NCBI RefSeq assembly: GCF_009914755.1
Contig: NC_060931.1
Source: the human T2T-CHM13v2.0 reference genome, Homo sapiens
Strand: one strand, 5' to 3'
DNA: 64,000 bases
Below are positions 1-16,429 of the stretch, piece by piece (position 1 is the first letter of the stretch; every line of letters begins with the position of its first letter). The position numbers and the translations under genes are program-made. Below the pieces are notes generated by a model that was given only the letters and a program-made list of their open reading frames with translations, made no database searches and was not told the origin of the DNA.

Positions 1-672
1 GAGAGCCCCTAGGTAGCTTCAGGATGGGCGCTGGTCACCAGAAAGGCCAAACCTTGATTAGATGGCTGGAAATTCTAGCGCCACGTCCAATCTCCATGGA
101 GGAGGGAGGAATCAGTGGTGGTGGTGGGGTGGGGGGTTAAGTTCAATTGCCAATGGCCAGTGATTTGATCAATCACGCCAATATAATGAAACCTCCATAG
201 AAACCCTAAAAGGCAGGGTCCCAGGAGCTTCCAACAAATTTGTGTGCTGGGAGGGTGGCTCACAACTTCACCAGGACAGAGGCTCCTGTGCTCTGACCTT
301 GCTCTGTGAGCCTCCTCACCTAGTTGTTCATATGTATCATTTATAATAAACTGTAATAGCAAGTACAGAATTTTCCTGAGTTCTTTGACTCTAGTAAATC
401 ATAAAACCTGGCAAGGAGTGCAGGGGAGGAGATTGTGAGGACTCCCAAACTTTTAGCCAAGTCAGACAGAAGTGCTGGTAACCTGGAAATCAAGTGCTTG
501 TGGTTGGCATCTGAAGTGGGGGAAGTCTCCCTTAAACCTGTGGAGCTTGATGCCAACTCTAGGTGGCCAGTGTCAGAATAGGACTGAATTGTACGACACC
601 CAGTTTGTGTTGGGGATCAGCAAGCTAGAGAATTGGTGTTGGAAAATATACCACCTATTTGGTGTCAGAAAA
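1..672 (+). mobile_element. MER21-like LTR (ERVL class), truncated by the window edge
   Basis: Recalled MER21 motifs 'tagcttcaggatggg..ctggtcaccagaaag' and 'tttggtgtcagaa'; AATAAA at ~346. Confidence 0.7.
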
Positions 673-1350
673 AACTTGAGAGTTGCCTATAAGAAATTCA
701 CGTCAAATATAAATACACAGGTGGGTCAAAAGCAAAAAGATGGAAAAAGTTATGTAATGTTAATACTAAAAACAGAAGAAAACAAAACAAACCTGCAATG
801 GCTATATTGATATTGGACAAAGTGGATTTCAGAACAAAGAATATTTATAGGGACAAAGAAAGTCATTTCATAACAATAAAAGGGTAAGTTTGTCCAGAGG
901 ACATAGAAATCTTAAACATTTATGGACCTAATGACAGAGCTTCAAAATACCTGAAGCAAAAACTGGTATAAGTAATAACTCCATGGAGAGATAGACAAGT
1001 CTACAACCATAAAATAAATTTTAATATCTCTTTCTCAAAAATTGATAGAAAAAAAGGTAAAAAAAAAAAAAGAGAGAGAGTAAAGAATATAGAATATTTA
1101 ACAGCAGTATCAACTAAATTGACCTAATTGACACTTATAGAACAATCCACATAACAATAGAATACACCTTCCCCTCAAGTGCCTGTGGAACATTTACCAA
1201 GATAGACAACATTCTGAGTTAGAAAACAAGCCTTAATATGTTTGAAAGGATTCAAGTCATACAACTTATATTTTCTGACCATAATGGAATTAACTCAGAA
1301 ATGATTAAAGATAAATCTCCAAATGTTTTTAAATGATGCAACGCACTTCT

Positions 1351-1721
1351 TATTTATTTATTTATTTTACTTTAAGTTCTAGGGTACATGTGCACAACGT
1401 ACAGGTTTGATGCATAGGTATACACGTGCCATGTTGGTTTGCTGCACCCATCAACTCGTCATTTACATTAGGTATTTCTCCTAGTGCTATCCCTCCCCCA
1501 GCCCCCCAGCCCCTAACAGGCCTCAGTTTGTGATGTTCTCTGCCCTGTCTCCAAGTGATCTCATTGTTCAATTCCCACCTATGAGTGAGAACATGCAGTG
1601 TTTAGTTTTCTGTCCTTGTGATAGTTTGCTGAGAATGATGATTTCCAGCTTCATCCATGTCCCTTCAAAGGACATGAACTCATCCTTTTTTATGGCTGCA
1701 TAGTATTCCATTGTGTATATG
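1351..1721 (-). mobile_element. 5'-truncated L1PA 3' end nested in the old L1
   Basis: L1PA 3' UTR (tactttaagttctagggtacatgtgcacaacg…). TSD gcaacgcacttct (1338-1350) / gcaacacacttct (1722-1734). Confidence 0.9.
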
Positions 1722-3907
1722 GCAACACACTTCTAAATAAAATGTGGGGCAAGACAAAATCAAAAGTGAAACTAGGAAGTACTTTGAACTGAATGAAAAT
1801 GAAAACAACATAAAACTTGCGAGATGCTTCAAAAGGGAAATTTATAACACTAAACTATATTAAAAAGAAGAAAGGTTTCAAATCATTGACCTCAGCTTCC
1901 ACCTTAGAGAACTAAGCCCAAAGTAAAAAGAAGCAAGGAAATAATAAACATGAGTGAAAAAAAAAGAAAGAAAAAAACAATAGATGAAATCAATGAATCC
2001 AAAGCTGGTTTTTGGGAAGGCCAATAAAATTGATAAACTTTTAGCCAGGTCGATCAAGACAGAGAGAGGCAACACAGATTACAAATATCAGAAATGAGCA
2101 TGGTGGCATCACTATAGATTCTACAGATACGAAAAGAATAGTAAGAGAATTTCATGGACAACTTTATGCCAATACATTTGACAATGTAGATGAAATTGAC
2201 CAACACCTTGAATCACACACAAAGTGTCAAAGTTTACACAAGAGAAAAATACCTAATCTACATAGCCCTTTATATATTAAAGAAATTAAATTTAAAAATA
2301 AAAACTTTCCTTCAAAGAAAACTACAGGACTCGATGGCTTCACTGGTGAAATCTATCAATCTTTCAGGGAAGAAATAATAACAATTCTACATCAACTCTT
2401 CAAGAAATTTAAAGAAGGTATACTTTCCAACTGATCCCATGAAGTCAGTGTTACCCTGAGATGAAAATCAGACAAAGACATTATAAGAAAAGATAACTAC
2501 AAACTCATATCACTCATGAACATGGACATAAAATTCTAAAACCAGTTTTCAGAAATTGAATCTAGCAATACATTAAAAATTATCATACACCATAACGAAG
2601 TGGGTTTTACCTCCAGAATGCAAGATTGTTTTAATATTTGCCAAGTAATCAATATAATCCATCATCTTAACAAGTTAAAAAAGAAAAACCATATAGTCAT
2701 CTTAGTAGATATAGACATCCATTCCTGATAACATCTCTCAGCAATGTCATCATAGAAGAAAATTTCCTCAACTTGATAAAAGGCATCTATAAAAAGCCTA
2801 CAGATAACATTATACTTATTATTAAAGATTGTACGCTTTTCCCCTAAGATAAGGAACAAGAATGTCCACTGCTATGATTCAACACTGAATTCAGTGAATA
2901 GCCTATACGGTAAGGCAAAATAAATAAATAAAAGGCAACTAGATTGGAAAGAGAGAAATAAAAAATGTGTTTATTCATGGATGACAGGATTATCTATGTA
3001 GAAAGTCAGATGGAATTAACAAAAAAGCTACCAGAGCTGGTAACTGAACTTAGAAATGTTTCAGGACACAATAGCAATATACAACAATCAATTGTCTTTC
3101 TATAACTAGCAATGAAGAATCAGAAATGGAAATATTATTTACAATAGTACCTAAAATATGTCATACTTATGAACAAGTCTGACAGGAGAAGTAAAGACAC
3201 GTACTTTGAAATCTACAAAAAATTGTTGAGAAAATTAAAGAATACTTAAATAAATGGAAAAATTACCATGCTTATAGTTTGGGACACTTGATATTGTTAA
3301 GATTGATGAATAATTTCAAAACAATGCCAATCATAATCTTAGCAGACAGATTTTGTAAAAATTGACCAAGCTTACTCTAAAATTTATATGGCAGATCAAA
3401 GAAAAAGAGGCAACTTCAAGCCATACCTTGAACCATAGACAGCATTTAATACAAAATGGATCATAAATCGAAATGTAAAATCTAAAAGTATAAAAGTTGT
3501 AGAGAAAAAAATAGGAGAAAACTTTTGTGACTTGGGTTAAGTAAAGATAGCTTAGCTATGCCACCAGAAACATGACCTAAAAAACAGAAAATTGATAAAT
3601 TGAACTTTATCAAAATTAAAAATGTATGCATTTCAGAAGAGAATGAAAACACAAGACATAGACTATGCCAGTCACCTGTATGGTAAAAGACTTATATCCA
3701 GAATATAGAAATAATTCTCAAGTTCACTAATAAGAAAATCCAGTTAAAAGTGGGCAAAACATTTGAACATACACTTCTTCAAAGAAGATATGCAAGTGGT
3801 AAATGAGCACTTGAAAAAATACTCCACATTATTAGTTATGAAAATGCAAATTAAAACAAAAATGAGATAAACACCTATTATAGTGGTTACAATTTTAAAA
3901 GTGTAAC

Positions 3908-4300
3908 TGTAATGATTAATTTTATATGTCAACTCATCTGGGCCATAGTGCCCTGTTATGTGGTCAAATATTCTGCATGCTTCTCTGAGGGTGTTTTCGG
4001 ATGAGATTAACATTACACTGGCAGACACTGAGTCAAGAAGATTGTCTTCTATAAAGTGGGTTGGCTTCATTCAACCAGCTGAGGGCCTGACCTCTTCCCA
4101 TCCAGACAGAATCCCACAGCAGGCTGTCTTTACACATGCACTGAACATTGGCTCCTCCTGGGTCTCCAGCCTGTTGGCCCACCCTGCAAATTTTGGACTT
4201 GGCAGCTTCCATAATCACATGAGCCAATTCTTAAAATAAATCTTTCTACATTTATATACATGTCCTGTTGGTTCTATTTCTCTGGAGAACCCTGATTAAT
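3908..4300 (+). mobile_element. MLT2-family solo LTR (ERVL) inside the old L1
   Basis: Starts tgtaatgattaattttatatgtcaact and ends ctctggagaaccctgattaata, both characteristic MLT2 termini. Confidence 0.85.
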
Positions 4301-4965
4301 AGCTAGCTATACCATGTGTTTGCAAGGATGTGGAACAAGTGAAACTCTCACACACTACTGATGAAAATGTAACTGGTGCAAGAATTTTGGAAAACAGTTT
4401 GTAAGTTTCTTAAAAAGATAACCTACATCTATCGTATGATCTTTCTACTCCTAGGTACTTATTCAAGAGTAAAGCAAGCATACATTCATTCAAAGATTGT
4501 ACACAGTGTTTATAGCCATGTTATTTGTAATCTCCCAAAAAATGTAATCTCTCAAAACAACCTAAATGTCCATCAACAGGTGAATGCATAAACAAACTGT
4601 AGTACTATATCCACACAATGAATTATACAGCAAGAAAGGGATGCACTATTGATTATTCATAATGGATTAATTTCAACTTAATTATGATGAGTGAAAGAAA
4701 ACAGACAAAAGATACTGTATGATTAATTTATCTAATATTCTAGAAATTGCAAGCTTATGTAGAGCAATGACTTGAAATATGGGTGGGGTTGGGGAGGGAA
4801 AAGGAGAGATTATGAAGAAACATGAGGAAACATTGGGGCTGATAGACATGTTTGCTGTCTTGATTCTGGTGATCATTTCGTGGATATATACATAGGTCAA
4901 AAACTCATCTAATGCTATATTTTAATATAGAATTTTTATATTTATCACATGTTAATTACATCTAA

Positions 4966-5311
<346 letters not shown>

Positions 5312-5916
5312 CATCCTTCAATTTTTAAAAAAATAGCTGTTGCTGAAGATTAAGTTAGTACTAATACAAAAAAAAACCCCAGGAAAATCTAGAGCAAAGT
5401 CAATAATTTGAGGAAATTGTTAGATTGAAACATGAACTGGACCAGAGTCAACTTTAGTGTGAGACTGTAGGAGATGGAGCTAAGAATTGAGTGAGAATAT
5501 AGACGGAGTTAAGGAGCCACAGTGGGTAAGACTCCCTAGCCAGGCATGTGGGCCCCCAGCCCCCGGTCTCTTCCCACCCGTGCCTGACGTGGAATTCTGA
5601 CTTGCTTGTGGCCCACATTCCCAAAACCTTCCTCCTCTGCCTGAGCCCCTCACTTCTCAGTGTACTGTGGGTGGATCCTTTTATGCGAGCCCTCCTCAGT
5701 CCTGCAGCCAGCAGGGACCATGCCTTCCTCTGTCTTTCCCAAGCCTCTTTTCTTCTCTAATATTTAAAACACAACACACTCAAGCTCCCATTAGTCCTTT
5801 TCTCACCTTCCTATTCATCTGCATTACAGATTTTCCACCATAAGGGATATAATCCAGTACAGCCCAATACTTGGCCAAGAGAAGGTGCTCAATCAGTGTG
5901 CATAGAATGAATGAAG

Positions 5917-6023
5917 AGCAAACCACCATGGCACATGTATACCTATTTAACAGACCTGCACATTCTGCACTTGTATCCCAGAACTTAAAGTAAAATTAAA
6001 ATAATAAAAAGATTTTAAAAAAG
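5917..6023 (+). mobile_element. ~107-bp L1PA 3' terminus inserted in an L2 tail
   Basis: caaaccaccatggcacatgtatacctat…cccagaacttaaagtaaaa. TSD gaatgaatgaag at 5905-5916 and 6024-6035. Confidence 0.85.
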
Positions 6024-6992
6024 GAATGAATGAAGGACAGGTTTTATTTGCTCTGAGATTTCTCACGGTCACTCATTTCCACAAATTCATTATGTCTAGG
6101 GCAGAGAAGCCATTTGAAGCATAGATATCCATATCACAGCACGGCTTTCTTAGGCCACTCTCATGCATCCCTTTGCTAGGAGCTTGGGGGCACAGAAGTG
6201 ACAATCCTGTCTAAAGAGCTTGCTGTCCAGTGAGGAAAGAGCCACATCCTTCAACAGTGACCTGAGTTCTCTGCCCTACCTGTCCCACTGCTCCTATGGA
6301 GGCTGGCTTGGGCCGGCATCCTAGCTCCTGCCTTCCTAGGGCCATCTGCCTGTTTGCCTGCTGAGCTTGGCCTTCCTTCTACAGCCTGCACCCTCCCTTC
6401 TGTGGGGCACGAAACTGCCCTCAGGATGCTCACTGAGTTTCAGTTCTCCTTTTAGCAATAGAGGCCACTTTTCTTTCCTAGCATTATTGACAGCCTGTTG
6501 GTCACCTTTTAAAAATCCTGTAGCCCATGTTCACCTGGGGATGGGAAATGACACCAACCAAGGAAACAAAAGATAACTTTGTCCTTGAAGCTCTGAGGTT
6601 GCTTACAGCCACACCCTGCTCTTGCCAGGGAGGACAGAATGAGGGTTCTTGCAGAGAACAGAGCTATGCCGTGTGCCCAAGTTCCAGGAGGCTGGGACTG
6701 TGTTTCTCTTCTTTGTTCCAGTGAAGGAGAGTGGATGCTCAGAATGTGTTTGTCGAATAAATGGATGACATAAAGCATAGGCATCGCTGGGGAGAGAACC
6801 CACAGTTAGCTTGGCTTTGATGGTCCTTAAAGTGTTCTCGATGTTTATAGATTTATGATAGGGGCCTCTTGTCCAGCTGCTCCTCTCCAACCTGAATATT
6901 ATGTGATGTATTGTGTATTTTTATTACCACTGTTCTATTTACATTTAGTGAAGATGAATAAGAGTTGACCATTTTATATTCCATGGGGCTAA

Positions 6993-7317
<325 letters not shown>

Positions 7318-7351
7318 TCTTATCTCTCCTGATAAGACTATTTCAGTATAT

Positions 7352-7845
7352 GTTTTATTTTATTTATATGAATTTAAGGGGTACAAGTGCAATTTTATTA
7401 CATGGATGTATTGCATAATGATGAGGTCTGGGCTTTTGGGGTATCCATCACCCAACCACCCAAATAATGTACATTGAACCCATTAAGTAAATTCTCATCA
7501 TCCACTCCACTCCTGTCTACTTCCCCCTTTTGACTCTCATTCCACACTCTATGTCCATGTGTACATGTTATTTAGCTCTCACTTATAAGTGAGAACATGT
7601 GACATTTGTCTTTCTGTGTCTGAGTGGTTTTACTTAAGATAATGGCCTTCAGTGCTACCCATGTTGCTGCGAAGTCATGCTTTCATTCTTTCTTAGGGCT
7701 GAACAGTATTCCATGGTGTATATATATATACATATATATATCATATTTTATTTATCCAGTAGTCTGCTGATAGATACTTAGGTTGATTCCATATCTCTGC
7801 TATTGTGAATAGCTCTGTGATAAACATGTGGATGCAAGTATCTTT
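7352..7845 (-). mobile_element. L1MA-type 3' end
   Basis: ggggtacaagtgcaatttt…cacttataagtgagaacatg…gcaagtatcttt, the antisense of an L1MA 3' UTR. Confidence 0.8.
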
Positions 7846-8560
7846 AAATTTTTTTAATTTTTAATTTTTTTCAACTTTTATTGTCGATTCAGGGTAGTAC
7901 CTGTCCAGGTGTGTTACCTGGGTATATTGTGTGATGCTTGGGTTTGGCATATAAATGGCCCCATCCCCCAGGTACCTAGCACAGTACCCAACAGTTTTTC
8001 AAGCCTTGCTCCCCTCCCTCCCAGTAGTCCCCAGTGTCTATTGTTGCATCTGTACATCTATGAGTCCCCAGTGTTTAGCTCCCACTTACAACTAGGTACC
8101 ATTTCACCACAGTCAGAATGGCAATTATTAAAAAGTCAAAAAACAACAGATGTTGGCAAAGACTATGGAGAAAGGGGAACATTATACACTGTTGATAGGA
8201 ATGTAAATTAGTTCAGCCACTGTGGAAAGCAGTTTGGAGATTTCTCAAAGAACTTAAAACAGGGCTACCATTCAACCCAGCAATCCCATTACTGGGTATA
8301 TATCCAAAAGAAAAACAAATCGTTCTATCAAAAAGACACACACACGCTTGTACTTGTTCATTGCAACACTATCCACAATAACAAAGATGTGGAATCAACC
8401 CAGGAGCCCATCAAAGTTGGACTGGATAAAGAAAATATGCTACATATACACCATGGAATACTATGCAGCCATTAAAAATAATGAAATTATGTCCTTTGAA
8501 GCAACACAGATGCAGCTGGAGGCCATTATCCTAAGTGAATTTATGCAGTAACAGAAAACC
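7846..8560 (-). mobile_element. L1PA/PB 3' fragment with 5' inversion (7846-8090 antisense including the T tail; 8091-8560 sense)
   Basis: Two adjacent L1 pieces in opposite orientation that are near-contiguous in the L1 consensus. Confidence 0.8.
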
Positions 8561-9598
8561 TGATATGATTTTTGTAAGATTTTTTTCCACCAGCTTTTAA
8601 TAAAACAGTTATTTTATTATTTTATTTTATTTTTTTCAAAGGTTTTTTATTTATACTGCACAGTTGGTAATGGGCAGAGAGTGATCTTTGCTACAACAAG
8701 GTCCATGGCCTGACTAAAGCAACATTCTTTTACCTCTCAAAGACAGGACACCGATTTCATCTGCTTAAAGTCTCCTCTTGGTTTTCAGCAGCTGCCATCC
8801 AACAGTGTTTGCTTTGGAATGCTGGAAAGCAAAGAAAAAAGAATTGCAAAAAAAAAAAAAAATTCAATCATTTTCTTCTAAGGGCAAAGATGGAATGATG
8901 CTATGACAATATTTGAATCAGATCTTAATAAGCAATTATATTTCCATTTTAATCATTCTATTGATGCTCTTTCTCAGGTGGACAGTATATGTCCCCTGTG
9001 AGTGAATTCTTGATGGCAGTCAACTGAAATGATATTTTTATATAGGTAACATTAGATAATAAATATGGCTTATTATATATATCAAAAAAATGACAACATA
9101 AAAATCTGACCACTTTATTACTTTCCATCACGTATCAGTTCTTTAATTTTCACATTCAGGACAAATTAAATTATCTGCCATTGTTAGTCTCATAATTCAA
9201 TTATTTTTAGCTGGGGCAAAAATATTCATAAGTCTATTTAAAAAAGAAGAATTCTTTTGTCTTATATTCTTTTGTTTGAAAGCCATAGAAGTAATTACAG
9301 GATTCAAATAAAATATTTGAAATTATTATAAAACATAATAGTTGCCAACCTAAGACCAAGTGCAAAAAGGTCCAGGTGGAATGAACATTTTCTGATACTT
9401 GTGGGCACAGGGGTGTCTTATTTCGGTAGAGAATCTGATATTGCACATGCTTCCATGAGAATTCAGACATATGTCCTCACCTATTGTTCTTCTAATCAAA
9501 TTATAGAGTTTATCAAGTTTACCAATTATGGTTTATGAGCCTTGAAGCATCACTAACACCTAATCAATATAATTCCTAATACATGAGCAAGAATGCGT

Positions 9599-9602
<4 letters not shown>

Positions 9603-9646
<44 letters not shown>
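9603..9646. repeat. (GT)22 microsatellite
   Basis: Pure dinucleotide run. Confidence 0.98.
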
Positions 9647-9647
<1 letters not shown>

Positions 9648-10529
9648 GGGGTGGGAGATGCTAAATGGAATCCTTGCTTTCAGGGAAAGTATAGTCTAAT
9701 AGGAGATAAAATGCTCATCTATGAAAGATTGGAAAGCTGTTTCAGAGGGCATATGTGAAGGTGAGATAGCCCTTGATCAAACCACAGTCTCACGGGGGCC
9801 AGGGAAGAAATGTCCAAATCTTGTTATGTTTTCACTCTTGAATCTCTTGCTGGTGGCTTCCCTTGGTTGGACCTAACTTAAGTCAAAGGACAATGGGACC
9901 AGGGGACACTGTCCATTGAGGTCAGCATCCCACATTATAAAGCAGGGCAAAGAGGGCTGTGGAAGGGCAAGTGGAAGGTGTCTGAAACCCTAGCCAAACT
10001 TCCCTTCAATTTTAAATTCACTAGAAAAACAACTATGAGCATTCGAGAACTCAGGACATATTGCTCTTCCCATAAGTTATTCCTGAGGAATCAATTTGTT
10101 GAGCTTCAGATGACCAAGAGATCACTGAAGCATCAACATAGATTCTGGTGGTAGGCATTGGTTTACTGGACTAAAGATTAATTGTGATACAGGTGACAGA
10201 ATAGAATTTATGTATTGCATGTTCTGATTCAATGAATGTGTTACGGCTAACAAAGATACATCAAGAATGGGAAAATTTATAGAACAAGCTTGCTGACTGC
10301 TTCATAGGGATAAATTGGGAATAAAAGCTTATCACATTCAATTAGATACTTGAGAGAGAGTAAAGGGGGGAAATACGTGGGTCAATTTAATTTTATTGTG
10401 ACTATTCGGAATGAATAGTGTCAGAAATGGGGAACATAGGTGTATTATATAAAAGCATTAGTATAAAATATCATTAAAGTGAAAAACTTTCTCAAACACT
10501 AAAAATATACTTTAGAAGTCTTAGTAAAC

Positions 10530-10970
10530 ATACCTATGAAAGTGACTAAAATTAAAAAGATGACAATACCAAGTATTGATGAGGATTTGGTGGAACTGGA
10601 ACTCTCAAACACTGCTGGTGGGAATGTAAAATGATATAACCACTTAGGAAGACAGTCTGACAGTGTCTTCAAAAGTTAAATGTGGCCGGGTGCAGTGGCT
10701 CATGCCTGTAATCCCAGCACTTTGGGACACCGATGCAGGTGGATCACTTTGAGCTCAGGAATTTGAGACCAGCCTGGGCAACATAGAGAAACCCTGTCTC
10801 TACAAAAAAAAAAAAAAATACAAAAATTAGCTAGGAATGGTGGCTTGTGCCTGTGGCCCCAGCTACTCAGGAGGCTGAGGCTGGAGGACTGATTGAACCT
10901 GGGAGGTGGAAGTTGCAGTGAGCCGAGATGGTGCTACTGCTCTCTAGCCTGGGCGACAGAGACTCTGTCT

Positions 10971-11004
<34 letters not shown>

Positions 11005-11280
11005 AAATGTACGCCTACCATATGTTCCAGCCATTCCACTCCTGGAATTTTTCCCAGGAGAAATGAAAGCATATGTCCATGAAAGGACTTGTACACAAAA
11101 GTCCACAGCAGCTCTGACTGCAATAACCAGGAAGTGGAAGCAACCCAATGGCCATCAACAGATGACGAGATAAACCACCAATATGTCTATATAGTGGAAT
11201 ACTATTTAGTAATAAAAAACAATCAACTATTTGTTCATGTGATATCAAAGATGAATATTAAAGTCATTATGCTGAAAGTT
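10530..11280 (+). mobile_element. L1ME-type 3' region, interrupted by an Alu
   Basis: gacaataccaagtattgatgaggattt…ctggtgggaatgtaaaatg…ccagccattccactcctgg. Confidence 0.8.
10684..10997 (+). mobile_element. AluJ
   Basis: J-type diagnostics (gagctcagga, gggcaacatag, ggaggact). TSD aaaagttaaatgt at 10671-10683 and 10998-11010. Confidence 0.93.
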
Positions 11281-12193
11281 TCCATAAAAATCTTACATTT
11301 AGGTTGGTGATCCATTTAGTTAACGCTTCACTATTGCTTAGTTTGTGACTTTCAGATTAATCATTCCACACAACTGAGGCAAGACCCTTTTGCATACTCT
11401 ACCCAATGTCCCATGAGACCTAAGATTTTCCAGCCTAGCTTGTGGAGACAGGATACTATTCTCAGCCTTGGATGAGGGTCCAGTTCTGTTCTCTTGAATC
11501 CTTGGGAATGGTTCTTGCTCTGGCCTCAGGTAATTTCCTCGTGTGCATTCATTGATTATGACTCAGCTGAGTGTTCCAGAGGGGCCCTCTACAGAGCTCT
11601 GGTTTTCACCTTGTGCAGCTCTCCTTCCCTTCTGTTCTCCTTGGACTCTCAGCTCCATCTCCTCTATTCAAAGAGTCCACCAGGCTTTGCTTGCATCTCG
11701 TCCTGGAAACTCTCCCAAAGCAAGAAGCTAGGAAGTTGCAGGGCTCATCTATTTGTTTTCTTTCTGTCAGAGAATCACTTAATTGCTGGGCATTCAATCG
11801 CTAAAAAAAATTGTCTCATTTATTTTGTCCGTTTTTTCGTTGTTTTCATCTAGGAGGTAAAATCTATTTCCTATAATTCCATTTTGATAAGAAGTGGAAG
11901 TTTACAAGACATAATATTTAAATATAAAATACATATTGAAATATAACAAACAGTATTAAAGGTCAAACATATTGGTTGGATTAATAAGTATAAAATTGGC
12001 TTAACTTACATAATAGGAAAAGATTACTGGATGGACCAACAAAGCAAAATTCAGCCCTCTTCTGTTTATAAGATACAGCTAAAATAAAGAGATTCAGAAG
12101 GTTCAATATAAAAGTGATAGACAATGATTGATATACTAGGTAAACATAAATAGCAAGAAAGCAGAATTTATGTTCTTGGTAGCTACAGCAGAT

Positions 12194-13108
12194 GTGTCAG
12201 GGCCCTGCTCGTATCTCTTTATTCTTTCTACTGTGCTGTGCATCAGCTCAAAATTCCACTTTCTCGCCCCTCATTCTTTGCATGCTGGCTTTCTCTGGCA
12301 TCCAGAGTCTTCTTTGTTTCCCATGGGCTGATCAGAGGTGCTGAAGAATCAGTATTCTCTCACAGCAGCTCCCAATCAATCAGTGATGGTTGGTCGGTAT
12401 ATAAATACCCCAGCTCCCTCTCCTTTGGATGGAATAGCTCTGAGGCATGTGTATTACACTGACACCTAGAGTTTCCAAGTGGAATAAAGCTCCAGCTGTG
12501 TATTAGGCTTCTCTAGAAGGACAGGATTAATAGGACAGATGTATATATAAAGAGGAGTTTATTAAGGAGTATTAACTCACAGGATCACAAGATGAGGTCC
12601 CACAATAGGCTCTCTGCAAGCTGAAGAGCAAGGAAGCCAGTCTCAGTCCCAGTGCTGAAGAGCTTGGAGTCCCATGTTCAAGGGCAGGAAGCATCTAGCA
12701 TGGGAGAAAGATGTAGGCCAGAAGACTAAACCAGTCTAGTCTTTCCATGTTCTGCCTGCTTTTATTCTGGCTGCGCTGGCATTGGATTAGATTGTGCCCA
12801 CCCAGATTGAGGGTGGGTCTGCCTTTCCCAGTCCACTGACTCAAATGTTAATCTCCTTTGGCAACACCATCACAGACTCACCCAGGAACAATACTTTGCC
12901 TTCTTCAATCCAGTCAAGTTGACACTCAGTATTAACCATCACAAGCTGTCCACAGTAGTAAATGGCTTTAGAATGCATCATTTACTTTCCCACCCTTTCC
13001 TGACTCACTTTCCCCTTCGCTTATCAATGTTTTCTCCACTTCCCAAATAAATCACTTGCACTGGAATCCTTGTCTCAGGATCTACTTAACGGGAACCCAA
13101 ACCAAGAA
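12194..13108 (+). mobile_element. LTR16-like solo LTR (ERVL), split by MLT2A
   Basis: gtatataaataccccagctccctc and the terminal ttcccaaataaatcacttgcac…ccttgtctcaggatc…aacccaaaccaaga motifs. Confidence 0.75.
12499..12943 (-). mobile_element. MLT2A solo LTR
   Basis: TG…CA termini (tgtattaggcttctctagaagg…attaaccatcaca) and a perfect 5-bp TSD agctg (12494-12498 and 12944-12948). Confidence 0.92.
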
Positions 13109-13109
13109 G

Positions 13110-15800
<2,691 letters not shown>

Positions 15801-16429
15801 ATAAATACAATTGCATATGGACAAGTAGAGAGTTGGCAGTTGAGGAGGAGAAAAATGAACAGGATGAAGTTACTCTTGGTTTTTATGAAACAAAATGGAG
15901 CATTTTGTTGATGGATTGGCTGTGGGGATGAGAGAGAGGGAGGTGTTGAGAGTGTTTCTTGGGTTTCTGGCTAATGTGGTGGGGTGAGGTGGCAAAAGGT
16001 ACTACCTAGTGCCCATTCTCAGTTACCTTTGGAATACTGGGAGTGCAAAAGAAGCTCCCCTGTAGTTGCAAAAAAAATGTAATAAACGAAAACACAATGT
16101 CATCTATAATGATGTTAATTGTGTTGATTTCATATGGACAATCACTTGTGCTGATTTCACATGTGCTGGCTTCGTGAAGGGAAATCTTGTGGCTTCTCAG
16201 TTTATTATACGTTATCCGTACTTTATTCCACCTTATCTATGGTCACTGGTGCTTGATTTATGTTTTAGTCTTGTATGGGATATCTCAAAGAACTTGTGTC
16301 TATTTTCAGCTTCTGGCACTTTCCAGGACTCGACTGCATGAGTGCGATCTTGTAGGTAGCCAGGAAAACTCTCTTTCCTTCGCCCCAGACAAACTGAAGT
16401 TCTCACCTCTCTCCTCACTTGCTTGAGTT

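Noticed and set aside
16030-16340. Unassigned AT-rich segment, possibly an ancient DNA transposon or conserved element
   Set aside because: I could not identify termini, a TSD or a family by eye.
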